DNA of 64,000 bases, taken from the NCBI GenBank assembly GCA_964016885.1, contig OZ024741.1, positions 106,578,001-106,642,000 on the forward strand, read 5' to 3'. The notes beneath the pieces were generated by a model. It was not told the DNA's origin, searched no databases, and saw only the letters and a list, made by a program, of their open reading frames with translations. This DNA comes from Eledone cirrhosa. Its lineage: Eukaryota. The translations under genes were made by a program, and so were the position numbers. This document shows, piece by piece, positions 37,205 through 50,190 of the stretch (position 1 is its first letter; every line of letters starts with the position of its first letter).

Positions 37205-40200
37205 ATGGCTATGCTAAGAGTAGGCTGTTTAAATGCGCGTGGCCTGGGCTCAACTTGGAAGCAAGCAATGCTTCTAAATGACCTCAGGTCACAACGTATA
37301 GATGTGATGGTTATTTGCGAGGCCCGGATCAGCAACGTGCGACAGCTGGCCCCCACCTTTGATGACTTTGAGATGCACGCATCTCTCTGTCAGCCTGGAG
37401 GTGGGGGTGGAGTTGTCGTTCTGCTGCAAAAACATCTGGGTCTCGCAACACAGATGGTACATTTGGACCCGGAGGGTCGACTAGTGGTTCTGGACCTTGG
37501 CAGTGGTAAAGGCGGAGCGTTTAGGTTGGTAGCCGCCTACGGCCCTTTCGGGTCAATGCGGCCGGACTTCTTCCATCGTCTGGAGACTTTTCTAGGGACG
37601 TCCCGCTCCTTGCTATTAGTGGGGGACTGGAATGGTATCCTAGATGCACGTTGGGACTACGTAGGGGCCTGCCCCGATAGAGAGGGGTGTAATAGCCTCA
37701 AAGGGTTAATCGGTCGATTTGACCTGGCCGATAGATATCGACTAGATTTTCCGACTGCGCCAACCTGGACTTGGGCAAATCGTAGCGGATCATCTAGGTC
37801 GTACCTAGATAGGTTCTTAGTTAGAATTAAGGATAAGGAATTTTTAAGTTGTCCAAAAATGCGCATTGTTGGCTATTCAGACCACAAATTAGTGACCTGC
37901 ATGGTCAACCTTGACAGAACTCATAGACAGGGCCCCGGTTACTGGAAGCTCAACTTGTCCTTGCCGGCAAGTAGAGCCTACAGGAATCGGATTAGTACGT
38001 TAGTTAAGGAACGGTTGACTGGAGCGATCGTCAACAGCAGGTGGTGGGTATCTCTAAAGAGAGAGATTAGAGTAGTCTCGATAGAATTTAGTAAGGTTCT
38101 AGCTGCGGATAGGAATAGGAAGGAAAGGGAGCTAATAGATAGAGTAGAAGAGGCAATTAGAAGCGGCGACGTGGCCAGAGTGCTAGCGTCGAGAACGGCT
38201 TTGAGCCAGTTTTTCGACGCGAAGCACGAAGGCTGCGTTGTCCGAAGTAAAATACGTGCTCTAGGGAACGAGGGGACCAAAGCTGTTAGCTGGGCCCGCG
38301 TGACAGAGGCCAACAGTGGAACTAAATCCACCATCCGGTCTTTGCGAGACCTGGATGGACGGGCGATTCTTGAGCCTAAGCAGATGTGTGAGGCCTTTCA
38401 AAGGCACTTTGCCCGACTGTTCGGGAGGGGCGGGGAGCCGGTTGGGAACGTGGACTTCGGTCCATACCTCGACGGCCTGCCGCGCCTCTCGGACAGGGAG
38501 GCGAAGTCCTGCGAGGAGCCGATTTCGGCCGCTGAGATAGAGGACGTGCTGAGCCAATGCGGCAAACGCAAATCCCCGGGTCTCGATGGTCTTCCTTACG
38601 AATTATATCTAGCTATGCCGGACTTGTTCCCCGATCTCCTCGAGGCGGTCTACTGCAACTGGCAACAGAACGGGAGAATTCCCTGTACTGTGACCAAGGG
38701 CGTAGTCACGCTAGTGAGGAAGGACGAGAACAAGGGGGACGAAATAAGTAACTTCAGGCCCATAACACTGCTAAATACAGAGTTACAGATTTTGGCCAAG
38801 GTGCTAGCAAAGAGGTTGGCGCTTGTCGTGGGCAACCTGGTGGGAGATGCGCAGACATGCGCTATCCCGTCCAGGTCCATCCATGACAACCTCCACCTCA
38901 TGCGATACATCATAGAGAGGGTTGGGAACGAACCCGGCTTTGGTGGGGCTCTGATCAACTTGGATCAATCTAAGGCGTTCGATAGGGTCGACCATGGTTA
39001 CCTGGATGCGGTGCTAGCGGCGGCAGGCTTCGGACCCGTTTTCAGGGGCTGGATCACTGCTATGCACAGCAGCCGCATCTGCTCTAGGGTCAAGGTGAAC
39101 GGCTACCTCTCGGAGCCGTTCAAAATCGCGCGGTCCATCCGACAAGGGTGCCCTCTCTCCTCCCTTCTGTATGTATTGACTCTCGAGCCACTACTGCGGA
39201 AGTTGGAGTTGTTGCAGGGCATCCCTTTGGAACCGGGATTGCGGAAAGCGGTGTCGGCCTACGCCGATGACGTGACAGTAATGGTGTCGACGGCCTCCGA
39301 AATCGAGGCGGTCGGCACCTTACTGGAGGAGTACGAAAAGTTCACAGGGGCTAAGCTGAACCGGGACAAGTCGATCGGTTTGCAACTCGGCACGTGGAGG
39401 GGCAGACCGATGCCCTCCGATAGCGTCGTCGGACGCTGGACGGAGGGCCCGGTGAAGTTGCTCGGGGTCTGGTTCGGACCGGACCTCCAGGTGGAGAAAA
39501 ACTGGGCGGAGGTTACGAACAGAGTGTTTGCACTGACCCAGAAGTGGGCCAGTTGCAAACTATCCCTGAAAGGTCGGGCGGAGGTGGCGAACACCTACAT
39601 AGCGTCCGTCATCTACTACCGCCTGACCGTAGTGCCCTGCCCAAGGGAAACCCTCACCAAGATGGAGCGCGCGCTCTTCCAATTCCTTTGGAAGAGGCGG
39701 GCTCCTATGGTGAGGAGATCCATCTGCTGTCAACACCCTTCGAAAGGAGGGCTGGGGATGCCGTGGCTAATGATGCGTAAACACGCATTAAGGCTACGGC
39801 ACCTCTACGTATTCCTCACCGGACAACCGGTGTGGGCCTCGTTTGTGAGACGAACCTTTCCCAGACTCGTCTCACTCACCGAGCTGCAATCCTGGGTCAA
39901 GCAAAGACCGAGAAAACTGGGCGCCTGGCACTCTGAGTGTGCCCAGGCGCTCACCGCCCTCTGGCAGGCGGATCCGGTTATCAGTGGAGACTCCACCGCA
40001 ACATTCTATAGAGGGCTGGTACGCAGCAGGTGCGACGACGCCCTCGGAGAAGCCCTAGACATGGAGGAGGACGAACTGGCCAGCCTTTTCGGTAGGACAT
40101 TTAGCCCGGGACCTATGGACAACTTCCAGAAGTCCCTGGCCTGGCAGTGCTACCGAGGGGCTTTACCCGTTCGAGAAAGGCTCTACAGACACGGGCGCCC

Positions 40201-40642
40201 GGGTAGGGACCCCGCCAAAAAGATCTGTCCCAGATGCGTGTGCGACGAGGAAACCGTTGCACACGCATTAGTACACTGCTCGGGCGTAGCCGATCTGTGG
40301 GGCTATGTCGAACAACTGCTGTCAAGGGTGGGACCGATCCGGTTGACCACCGAGTCTATTGTAATGATCAAGCCGCCTCCCCCCTTCAAAGATGAAGCAG
40401 AGGCGGTGTTTCTGTGCGTAATAGCCATGGCGAAAGAGGTTGTATGGTGGACGCGTCTGAAAGGACTGAGGTCGGGCACCTTTCTCTCTGGCCAACAACT
40501 GGTCCGTTTCTTCCGATATCATTTCGGAAGAAGGATCAGGATGGAGAGAGAGGTGCTGCACCCCAGCCGTTTCTATGAAAGATGGGTGAAAGTGGCGAGA
40601 ATGGCCCGTGTGAATGGGCCTTCACTCTACATCAGACTATAG
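37205..40642 (+). CDS. Tx1/L1-clade ORF2 protein: APE endonuclease, reverse transcriptase and CCHC Zn knuckle (1145 aa, intact)
   Basis: ATG in CCAACATGG context, conserved in copy G. EN: LNARGL, GDWN, YLDRF, SDHKLV. RT: KSPGLDG, FRPITLLN, DQSKAFDRVD, QGCPLS, YADD. Knuckle: CPRCVCDEETVAHALVHC. No stops or frameshifts. Confidence 0.97.
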   Translation: MAMLRVGCLNARGLGSTWKQAMLLNDLRSQRIDVMVICEARISNVRQLAPTFDDFEMHASLCQPGGGGGVVVLLQKHLGLATQMVHLDPEGRLVVLDLGSGKGGAFRLVAAYGPFGSMRPDFFHRLETFLGTSRSLLLVGDWNGILDARWDYVGACPDREGCNSLKGLIGRFDLADRYRLDFPTAPTWTWANRSGSSRSYLDRFLVRIKDKEFLSCPKMRIVGYSDHKLVTCMVNLDRTHRQGPGYWKLNLSLPASRAYRNRISTLVKERLTGAIVNSRWWVSLKREIRVVSIEFSKVLAADRNRKERELIDRVEEAIRSGDVARVLASRTALSQFFDAKHEGCVVRSKIRALGNEGTKAVSWARVTEANSGTKSTIRSLRDLDGRAILEPKQMCEAFQRHFARLFGRGGEPVGNVDFGPYLDGLPRLSDREAKSCEEPISAAEIEDVLSQCGKRKSPGLDGLPYELYLAMPDLFPDLLEAVYCNWQQNGRIPCTVTKGVVTLVRKDENKGDEISNFRPITLLNTELQILAKVLAKRLALVVGNLVGDAQTCAIPSRSIHDNLHLMRYIIERVGNEPGFGGALINLDQSKAFDRVDHGYLDAVLAAAGFGPVFRGWITAMHSSRICSRVKVNGYLSEPFKIARSIRQGCPLSSLLYVLTLEPLLRKLELLQGIPLEPGLRKAVSAYADDVTVMVSTASEIEAVGTLLEEYEKFTGAKLNRDKSIGLQLGTWRGRPMPSDSVVGRWTEGPVKLLGVWFGPDLQVEKNWAEVTNRVFALTQKWASCKLSLKGRAEVANTYIASVIYYRLTVVPCPRETLTKMERALFQFLWKRRAPMVRRSICCQHPSKGGLGMPWLMMRKHALRLRHLYVFLTGQPVWASFVRRTFPRLVSLTELQSWVKQRPRKLGAWHSECAQALTALWQADPVISGDSTATFYRGLVRSRCDDALGEALDMEEDELASLFGRTFSPGPMDNFQKSLAWQCYRGALPVRERLYRHGRPGRDPAKKICPRCVCDEETVAHALVHCSGVADLWGYVEQLLSRVGPIRLTTESIVMIKPPPPFKDEAEAVFLCVIAMAKEVVWWTRLKGLRSGTFLSGQQLVRFFRYHFGRRIRMEREVLHPSRFYERWVKVARMARVNGPSLYIRL

Positions 40643-40906
40643 GTGAGGAAGATGAAAGACCAAGGGAGCACCCCTTCTCTGTGCTCCTGAGGAGAAGGGT
40701 TGCACACTTTTTTCGGGGGTGTGTGCGACCCCCCAAGGCGCCTCCTCTCTATTGAGGATTTTGTTAAAAATTTTATTTTTTGTTATATCTTATTTTATTT
40801 TTATATTTTGTTATTGCCTTCTCCTTATTGAGGACGCCTTTTTGTGTAAACTCCCCCCTTTGTACTTGTCCCACTTTTGATGCCCTAGTGGCAAATAAAA
40901 GAAATA

Positions 40907-41037
<131 letters not shown>

Positions 41038-41185
41038 CATCTATCTATTTTACTCGCTCTTCGTCTCCCCCGCTCTCCTCTCTCTGTCTCTTTCTCTATA
41101 TATGTATATAAACATAAAAAATACATACACACGAACACACACATATATATGAATTCATATATATCCAGATATTCACATATATAGT

Positions 41186-41264
<79 letters not shown>

Positions 41265-41385
41265 GTTTGTATATATCTCAAGCTATATAAGTGAATGAAT
41301 GAATGGATCAACCTCTCTTTCTCTCTCACTTTCTCTCACCCCCTCTCTCTCTCACACACACGCACACACTCTCTCTCCCTCTCTG

Positions 41386-41614
<229 letters not shown>

Positions 41615-41615
41615 T

Positions 41616-41661
<46 letters not shown>

Positions 41662-41681
41662 GGTGTGTGTATGTATACATG

Positions 41682-41712
<31 letters not shown>

Positions 41713-41995
41713 ATATTATATACCTCACATATTTCAGTCCCCGTGACCTTATTCTCCCACCCCCTCATTATATATTCCAATACTATTATATATTCATTAC
41801 ATTACATACGAAATTTCTCACTTCTCCCTTATAGCTGTTATTGTTGTAACTGTTGCATTTCTAATTCTTTTTTCTGAATATTTTTTATTTATTAATTTGA
41901 CATTTCGTGTCATAGCTGTAAGGTATATCAGACGGTCGGACCAACCGCACCCTAAACGAAAACATATACACACACACGCACACATGCACAAATAG

Positions 41996-42070
<75 letters not shown>

Positions 42071-42945
42071 AATAAATATATATATACAAATAAATGTATA
42101 CACATATATGCAAATATATTTACACGTATTTATATTTACACACACACACATACATACATATTTATATATATACACGCACACATACAATGTTGTTTAGAAA
42201 TAGAAATAGGATGTGAGATGTGACGTTGTGAAGTAAATCTCTCTAGTATTGGCCGGGTTGACTGTTGCTCGAATGAAACCTAATAAATTAATGCAAGAAC
42301 AACAAAAAATATCGGAATTGCAGAACAGGAACATAAAACACCAATAACAAAATGGTTCTGGTAAAACGTTAAAGACGATAAGGCGGAGGATGGGGATGTG
42401 GAGAACGGGGAATAAACGAAGCTGTGTGTGTGTGATGTCAGAGATACAAGTTACTGATTGGACTGTGAAATACAGTCCAATCAGCTGCAAAAACAAACAA
42501 CACTCAATGATTATGACAGTTTGATAGACGTCATAGGGAATCACAAATGGTGGCGGATGAGGGATAATACTGCAGTGACCGTTTTGTTGTTGTTGTTGTT
42601 TAACCCCGAGATGACCCTGATCAAAATACCTATAATCAAAGGCGCGCTTGTCGTGAATATACAGATCTTTTTGTTAATCTTATACGATAAAATATGTCCT
42701 TCTATTTTTATAAAACGTGGAATAATTTGGTGGAAATTTAGCTGCTATTTCTAACAGGACGAATCACCATGTAGAAATTTTGTTGTGGGTTTCTTGAGCC
42801 ACATAAGGTTTCAAAATATACTCCTGTGTTTGCCATAAAGTTTTATTTTGGCTAATACAGGGGCATGTTTCAAGACCTGAGGTAGGGATCAACTGGTGAT
42901 ATCATAGACCTTTCTTTTTCCTTTGTCATTTTTACGGAACCCTTG

Positions 42946-43046
<101 letters not shown>

Positions 43047-43266
43047 TATATATAAGTGGATTAAAATAAAATTTATTTCAATCATATACAATAAATCAGC
43101 TCACATATACTTTATATAGGCTAAATTCTGTAGTTTGCAAAGCATTAATTATTCAAAATGTTATTTAGATTTAATACTTCAGTATATTACTATTAAGATT
43201 AAGAACATATCAAGAAAAAAAAAAAAAAATATATATATATATACATACATATATACACACGCACAC

Positions 43267-43446
<180 letters not shown>

Positions 43447-43719
43447 TTAAGGAAAAAATATAATTTTACCTGCAGGTTTCACTATGATTACGAATATTAG
43501 CTAATTAACATAATTAATTAGCCAATGAAGGCTCATATGGCTTTTTAGCGAACTGGTCTTAAGATATACTGATGCGTGTGTGTATTAGATATATGCACAT
43601 GCACACATATTCAAACATTTGAACACAATTGAACACAATTGAGAACACAATTGAAAACAATTGAACACAATTTAACACAATTGTAGCATTCATGAAATGA
43701 TCAGTTGTTCATGTAGGTT

Positions 43720-43850
43720 TTGTATGACTGATGGCCATTTGACTTAATTACATAATGCAGTCTATCCGACATTCTTCTACATATTTTCCTCAGGCCAGTT
43801 TCACCGTCGACGTTATCGTGGATTTGTCTCATGGTCCATTTTTGTGTCCA
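43720..43850 (-). pseudogene. Possible Tc1 transposase C-terminal remnant
   Basis: LRKICRRMSDRLHYVIKSNGH resembles the Tc1 end L..SM..RL..VI.A.G; short match only. Confidence 0.4.
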
Positions 43851-43879
43851 GATGCACACACTGGCACACACACATACTG

Positions 43880-43958
<79 letters not shown>

Positions 43959-44187
43959 GACACATGCACATTCACAAACATGGGTGCACGCACACACACT
44001 CAGGCATACATAAATGCACACACACACTCACACACACACACACACACCTATATATAAATATCCGCATACATATATATATATATATATATATATTGATGTC
44101 AACATGAATGGACCTGTTATTTCGCTCTAAAAATATTTTTTCCAATTCCGCCCTGCCAGCCCCCTCAATCTTTCTAATTTCATTCTT

Positions 44188-44223
44188 TCTTCTGATGAAA
44201 GACTAGCGTCCGAAACGTTAAGA
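44188..44223 (+). ncRNA. Minimal type I hammerhead motif (PLE 3' remnant)
   Basis: TCTT-CTGATGA-aaGAC tagc GTCc-GAAA-CG-TT-AAGA. Palindromic AACGTT stem III (dimer type); stem II closing pair imperfect. Confidence 0.65.
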
Positions 44224-44315
44224 CCCTCTTCCTGCTATTTCAAGCGTTAACCTAATATATTCCTCCCATATACTGTACCGATTGTGTTGTTATTTCTGTT
44301 TACCTTTTACACACG

Positions 44316-44452
<137 letters not shown>

Positions 44453-44753
44453 ATATAAATATCTGGTTGCCTTAAGAAGTGTTGGGAAAATTTAAAATTT
44501 AAAATGTGATCGTCCCAACGCAAATGGTTTTCCCAACTATTATTTCTAGCGATTGACTATTATTATAGTAATTTAGGTTGGGACGACTACATTTCAATAT
44601 ACACACATACGCGCACACACACATCTATATGTATTTAATTATATGCATATCTATCTATATATATATACAATATATATATATACACCTACACACACACAGA
44701 CACAAACCCCCACACACTCATATATGTACACACACACACACACACACACACAT

Positions 44754-44784
<31 letters not shown>

Positions 44785-44969
44785 ATGAAAGATAGAGAGA
44801 TAAAGAAGAAAGAGGAGAGAAAGACAGAGAAAGAGAAGAAATAATTCATTCGTTGAATAATAGCTTTGTTAGTTTACGACGTGCCAAAATCGAATGTTCT
44901 CCCCCCCCCCCCCACACACACACTCACACACACACACATACACTCACACACACATACACTCACACACGC

Positions 44970-45043
<74 letters not shown>

Positions 45044-45602
45044 ACATACACACACAGCCACACACATGTACGCATACACTCACACTCAAACAAATGAAAT
45101 TACCACGTAGATTACACACACACACACAAAACAAACATATAGACGTTATTATTTCTAAGTTGTTAATTTGAGTTGAGGATTTTAAAGCGGGGATTTGCTT
45201 TAGAATGCTATCGATCCGGCAGCCATTAATAATAGTTTTAATATCCAAACAATGTTCATTTATTGTAGCAATTTGACAGATACAAGTATTCAATTGTCTT
45301 TTATTGTTTGAATAACATTACAACCACTCTGACAGAAGCAACTCATCAAATAACTTCGTTTAAAAGGAAAAACAAAATGAGGAAGAATCGCAACCTTCAT
45401 TTTAAAATGGCTGTTTAGAAGAGGTACTTCGTTCATCGTATTCTTGTTGTAGTTGTTGTTGTTGTTGTTGTAGTTATTGTTATTGTTGGTGTGGTTGTTG
45501 TAGCTGTTGAAGATGTTATTGTTGTTACTGTGGTTGGTGTTGTGGGTGTCGTTTTTGTTGCGGGTGCTGATGTTGTGGTTGCTGTCGTCGTCGTCGACGA
45601 CG

Positions 45603-45649
<47 letters not shown>

Positions 45650-46106
45650 CTTCTTCTTCTTCTTCTTCTTCTTCTTCTTCTTCTTCTTCTTCTTCTTCTT
45701 CTTCTTCTTCAAATACGACCACACCACACCCTCCACCTACTACACTCCATATTCATGTGTATATACACGGCCACCACAGTTCACGTGCGTGGTAGAACTC
45801 AACAACAGCACCATAATCCATCACCACTACAACCACCACCACCACCACCACCACCACCACCATCACCAACAACAACAGTAACAAAAACACCTTCACCGAT
45901 CCTCTACCATCACCCCACACCATAACAACAATAACACGGGTTTGTTAAAACTGCCAATCAATAACGTTTGTGATGTGAAACTAATTATATTCATATATTC
46001 TAAATATTTAAATACATTTTGTTGAAATTAGCAGAGGTGAATTATATATATATATATTTACACACACACACATCTCAGCCTCTGCGATTTCTCCACAACC
46101 TCTGAT

Positions 46107-46169
<63 letters not shown>

Positions 46170-46269
46170 GCAGTTTTCAAGTACCACACGGAGAGAGGGG
46201 CTACCTTACTGTAGGCCGCACTTACTGTTGCTAGTTAGGATAATACAGGATCTGTAGCACTCCATGTTT

Positions 46270-46700
46270 GGTTGAACAGTTAGACAAACTGCTTTGTAGC
46301 ATATAATTACAGCTCTTACTTTATGAGTTCAAATCCCGTCGAACTCAACTTTGCCTTTCATTCTTCCAAGTTCGATAAAGTATCAGTGAAATACTCAGGG
46401 AGATATATTCAACTTCCATTTCCATCTCAAATTGGTGGCCTTGTGCCTAAGGTGGATTGGTAGTATCAGTAGAGCGTCAGACACGATGCTTTGCAGCATA
46501 GAGTTATTTCCCTTTACGTTCTGAGTTAAAATCCTGCAGAAGTTAACTTTGTCTGTCATCCTTACGGGGTCGATAAAATAAAGTACCAGTAATGCACTGC
46601 GATAATTGCTGGCCTTGTGCCTAAAGTAGAAACAATTATTACTTGGATTGGCAGTATCGGTAGAGCGATGATCAACATGCTTCATGGCATAGAATTATGG
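46270..46700 (+). mobile_element. Tandem OK-like SINE copies (degenerate, near-full and 5' fragment)
   Basis: GAGTTCAAATCC, CATCCTTACGGGGTCGATAAAATAAAGTACC, GGCCTTGTGCC. Confidence 0.8.
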
Positions 46701-47126
46701 CCACTATAGTGGTTGGTAGTATCTTAATAGCCGATTCAAAGTCAAATTTATCGAACGAATGCCAGCTGATGAAGATACAGCCTGATCTAATTGCTTGCGA
46801 AATTACTGTCCGAGGTACATGCAACTTTCGAATGCACAACAAATGATGCGTCAGAAACCGCGACTGTCTGAGTAAGATATTTATTTTCCTTTTGGTATTC
46901 GTTGTTGTTAACATCTATTATGGATGGTATACACACGGTGGGAAAATGTTCGAAAAACCAAAATGTTCGAAAAACCGATTCAATATATCACTATTTCAGT
47001 TTACAGGAAAGTACGAAGCATTTGGCTTACTTACATGTCAATGTGTATATTTATATACACATTGACGAGTTCTCGTTTAACTTTATACGACACATACACA
47101 TGTTCGCACACACACATGCACACACA

Positions 47127-47195
<69 letters not shown>

Positions 47196-47454
47196 ACCCA
47201 CACACCCACACACGCACGCACAAACAAACGCATACACACACAGATTTCTTTTGCAGTAGAGAAGAGAACGACGACACATGAATTGTCAGTATAAAATAGA
47301 TGTGAATAAATCGCGGATATAAACACATTGAGATTGATAAAAGTGGGTAACTGACTGTGAGATCGAACTCACATCTGTCTTTATTCCGGAAAAGTTTGTT
47401 ACCATTACACACAAACACACACGCACAAATACACACGCACATATATATATATAA

Positions 47455-47538
<84 letters not shown>

Positions 47539-47765
47539 AGGCAGAACGTAGAGGCAACAGGAAGCAATGCTACAGGAAGAATATGGACACACAGACATAC
47601 ACAACACGCGGAAAACACATGCACACACAAACTCACTGCAATCTCTCTCTCTCACACAAACCCACATATATACATATATGTATAAACATACACACACACA
47701 CACATATATATATATATACATATATATATGCGTGTGTATGTGTATGTATATATATATATATATGC

Positions 47766-47816
<51 letters not shown>

Positions 47817-47957
47817 TACATACACATACACACGCACACACACAGAGTCAGACAGACGCACACACACACACACACACATATATACTCACACATACACACA
47901 TATATATATACATAGACACACATGTGCGCGTGCGCGCACACACACACACACAGATAG

Positions 47958-48005
<48 letters not shown>

Positions 48006-48930
48006 GTTTGGCGCACAGCCTTCTCGTCCGAACACAGCTCATCTCTGTTGGCGCGGGAAGGTTTTCTGGAATAGACAACAGCGAGTAGCAATTGCTAGCC
48101 TTGATGAACACGTCATCATAAATCAGCAGCGAGTTCAGCCAATCAGCGTCAGGTTACAGCGGGTCAGTGGCTAGCCATTCAGATCATCTCACTTAGACAT
48201 GAAATAGTCCCAGTGTCTCGCTTGTAATTTCTTGCCTCGGATTTTCCATTTTCCATTAAAATGCAAAGTTCAAATCACATATTGTGTGAATAACAGAAGT
48301 GCGATGAACAGAAAGAAAGTAGAAGAGAGAGAAGAGAGAGAGAGAAGAGAGGGGAGAGAGAGAAGAGAGGGGAGAGAAGAGAGAGGGAGAGAGAGAGAGA
48401 GAGAGAGAGAAAGAGGGACAGAGAGAAAGAGGGAGGGAGGAAGAGAGAGAGAAGAAAAACGAAAGAATAAAGTGAGAAATGAGAGAAGAGGGAAGAGAGG
48501 AAAAATAGAGAAGGAGAGGGAAGAGAAAAGAGAGATGAGAGAGAGAGAAGAAAGAAGGGAGAAGAGAGAAAAAGAAAGAGAAGAAAGATGGGAAAGGAAA
48601 ATTATGAAAAAGAATTGGAAGTAGAAAAGATGAAGCGGAAGAAGAAAGAGGAGGAGGAGGAGGAGGAGAAGAAGAAGAAGAAGAAGAAGAAGAAGAAGAA
48701 GAAGAAGAAGAAGAAGAAGAAGAAGAAGAAGATAAAGATGATGAAGAAGAAGAAGAAGAAGAAGAAGAAAAAGAAGAAGAAGAAGAAGATGATGAAGAAG
48801 AAGAAGAAAAAGAAGAAGAAAAAGAAGAAGAAGAAGAAGAAGAAGAAGAAGAAGAAGAAGAAGAAATAAAGTAACAGGAGATGAAGATAAAAGTAATAAA
48901 ACGCTGGAGAAAATGGATAATAATAATAAT

Positions 48931-49116
48931 TATTATTTCTACTTTAAGCACAAGGCCAGCAATTACCCAGTACATTACTGGTACTTTATTTTATCGACCC
49001 CATAAGGATGAAAGGCAAAGTTAACCTTGGCGGGATTTGAACTCAGACCGTAAAGGGACGTAACTATGCTAGAAAGCATGGCATCCAACCCTCTACCGAT
49101 ACTGCCAATTCACCGC
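48931..49116 (-). mobile_element. OK-like SINE, full length, minus strand
   Basis: Reverse complement of the SINE consensus seen at 49374-49565. Confidence 0.9.
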
Positions 49117-49172
49117 CTTTTAATAACAATAATAATAATGTAAAAACAATAATAATAACAATAATGTATCAT

Positions 49173-49980
49173 GGTGGTTGATTGGCAGTATCGGTAGAGG
49201 GTCGGACGCCATGCTTTGATGCATAGAGTTACGGACCTTTCCATTCTGAGGTCAAATCCCGCCAAGGTTAACTTTGTCTTTCATCCTTACGTGGTCGATA
49301 AAATAAAGTACCAGTAATGCACTGGGTATTTGCTGGCCTTGTGCCAAAAGAAGAAACAATTATTATTATTATCAGTGGTGGATTGGCAGTATCAGTAGAG
49401 AGTCGGACACCATGCTTTGTAGCATAGAGTTACGGTCCTTTATGATCTGAGGTCAAATCCCGCCGAGGTTAACTTTGCCTTTCATCCTTACGGGGTCGAT
49501 AAAATAAAGTACCAGTAATGCACTGGGTAATTGCTGGCCTTGTGCCAAATGTAGAAACAATTATTATTAATTATCAGCAGTGGTTTGGCAGTATCGGTAG
49601 AGGGTAGGACGCCATGCTTAGCAGCATAGAGTTACGGCCCTTTACGGTCTGAAATCCCGCCGAAGTTAACTTTGCCTTTCATCCTTTCGGGGTCGATAAA
49701 ATAAAGTACCAGTAATGCACTGAGGTAATTGCTGGCCTTGTGCCGAAAGTAGAAACAATTATTATTATCAGCAGTGGATTGGCAGTATAGGTAGAGTGTT
49801 GGGGGTAGAGTTATGGCCCTTTACGCCCTGAGTTCAAGTTCCGCTGAGGTTAGCTTTGCTTTTCATCCTTACGGGATCGATAAAATAATATACCAGTAAT
49901 ACACTGGTGTCGATTTAATCGACTTTGCTCTCCCCAAAATTGCTGGCCTTGTGCCTAAAGTAGAAACAATTATTATTATT
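49173..49980 (+). mobile_element. Four head-to-tail OK-like SINE copies (~195-bp period)
   Basis: Four repeats of GATTGGCAGTATCGGTAGAG...AGAAACAATTATTATT. Confidence 0.92.
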
Positions 49981-50190
49981 GCCCTCCTTTGATTCGCATA
50001 TCTCCCAGTCGGCTCTTGTAAGATTGTTGTTTTTCACCTATTGTTATAATGCGTTTTTTTAAAGTTTTGTTACAAAGTGTCACACAATCTAATGATAGTG
50101 AGAATATCCCTTGAAACCTACAATGACATCAAGGAGAACTTCTCCCATGGCGTGCGAATCCCGAATGGAAAGCCACAACAAAATATGAAG

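Larger units (their letters stand above)
36863..40906 (+). mobile_element. Tx1 LINE copy D: ORF1 tail, intact ORF2 and 3' UTR, lying within (TATC)n
   Basis: (CTAT)n at 36828-36862 and 40907-41047; AATAAA at 40894. Confidence 0.97.

Noticed and set aside
37657-40561. Antisense and alternative-frame ORFs recurring in each Tx1 copy
   Set aside because: Shadow frames of a GC-rich ORF2; their recurrence reflects copy homology only.
46760-46815. CTGATGA...GAAATTACTGTC hammerhead-like spacing
   Set aside because: No supporting stems.
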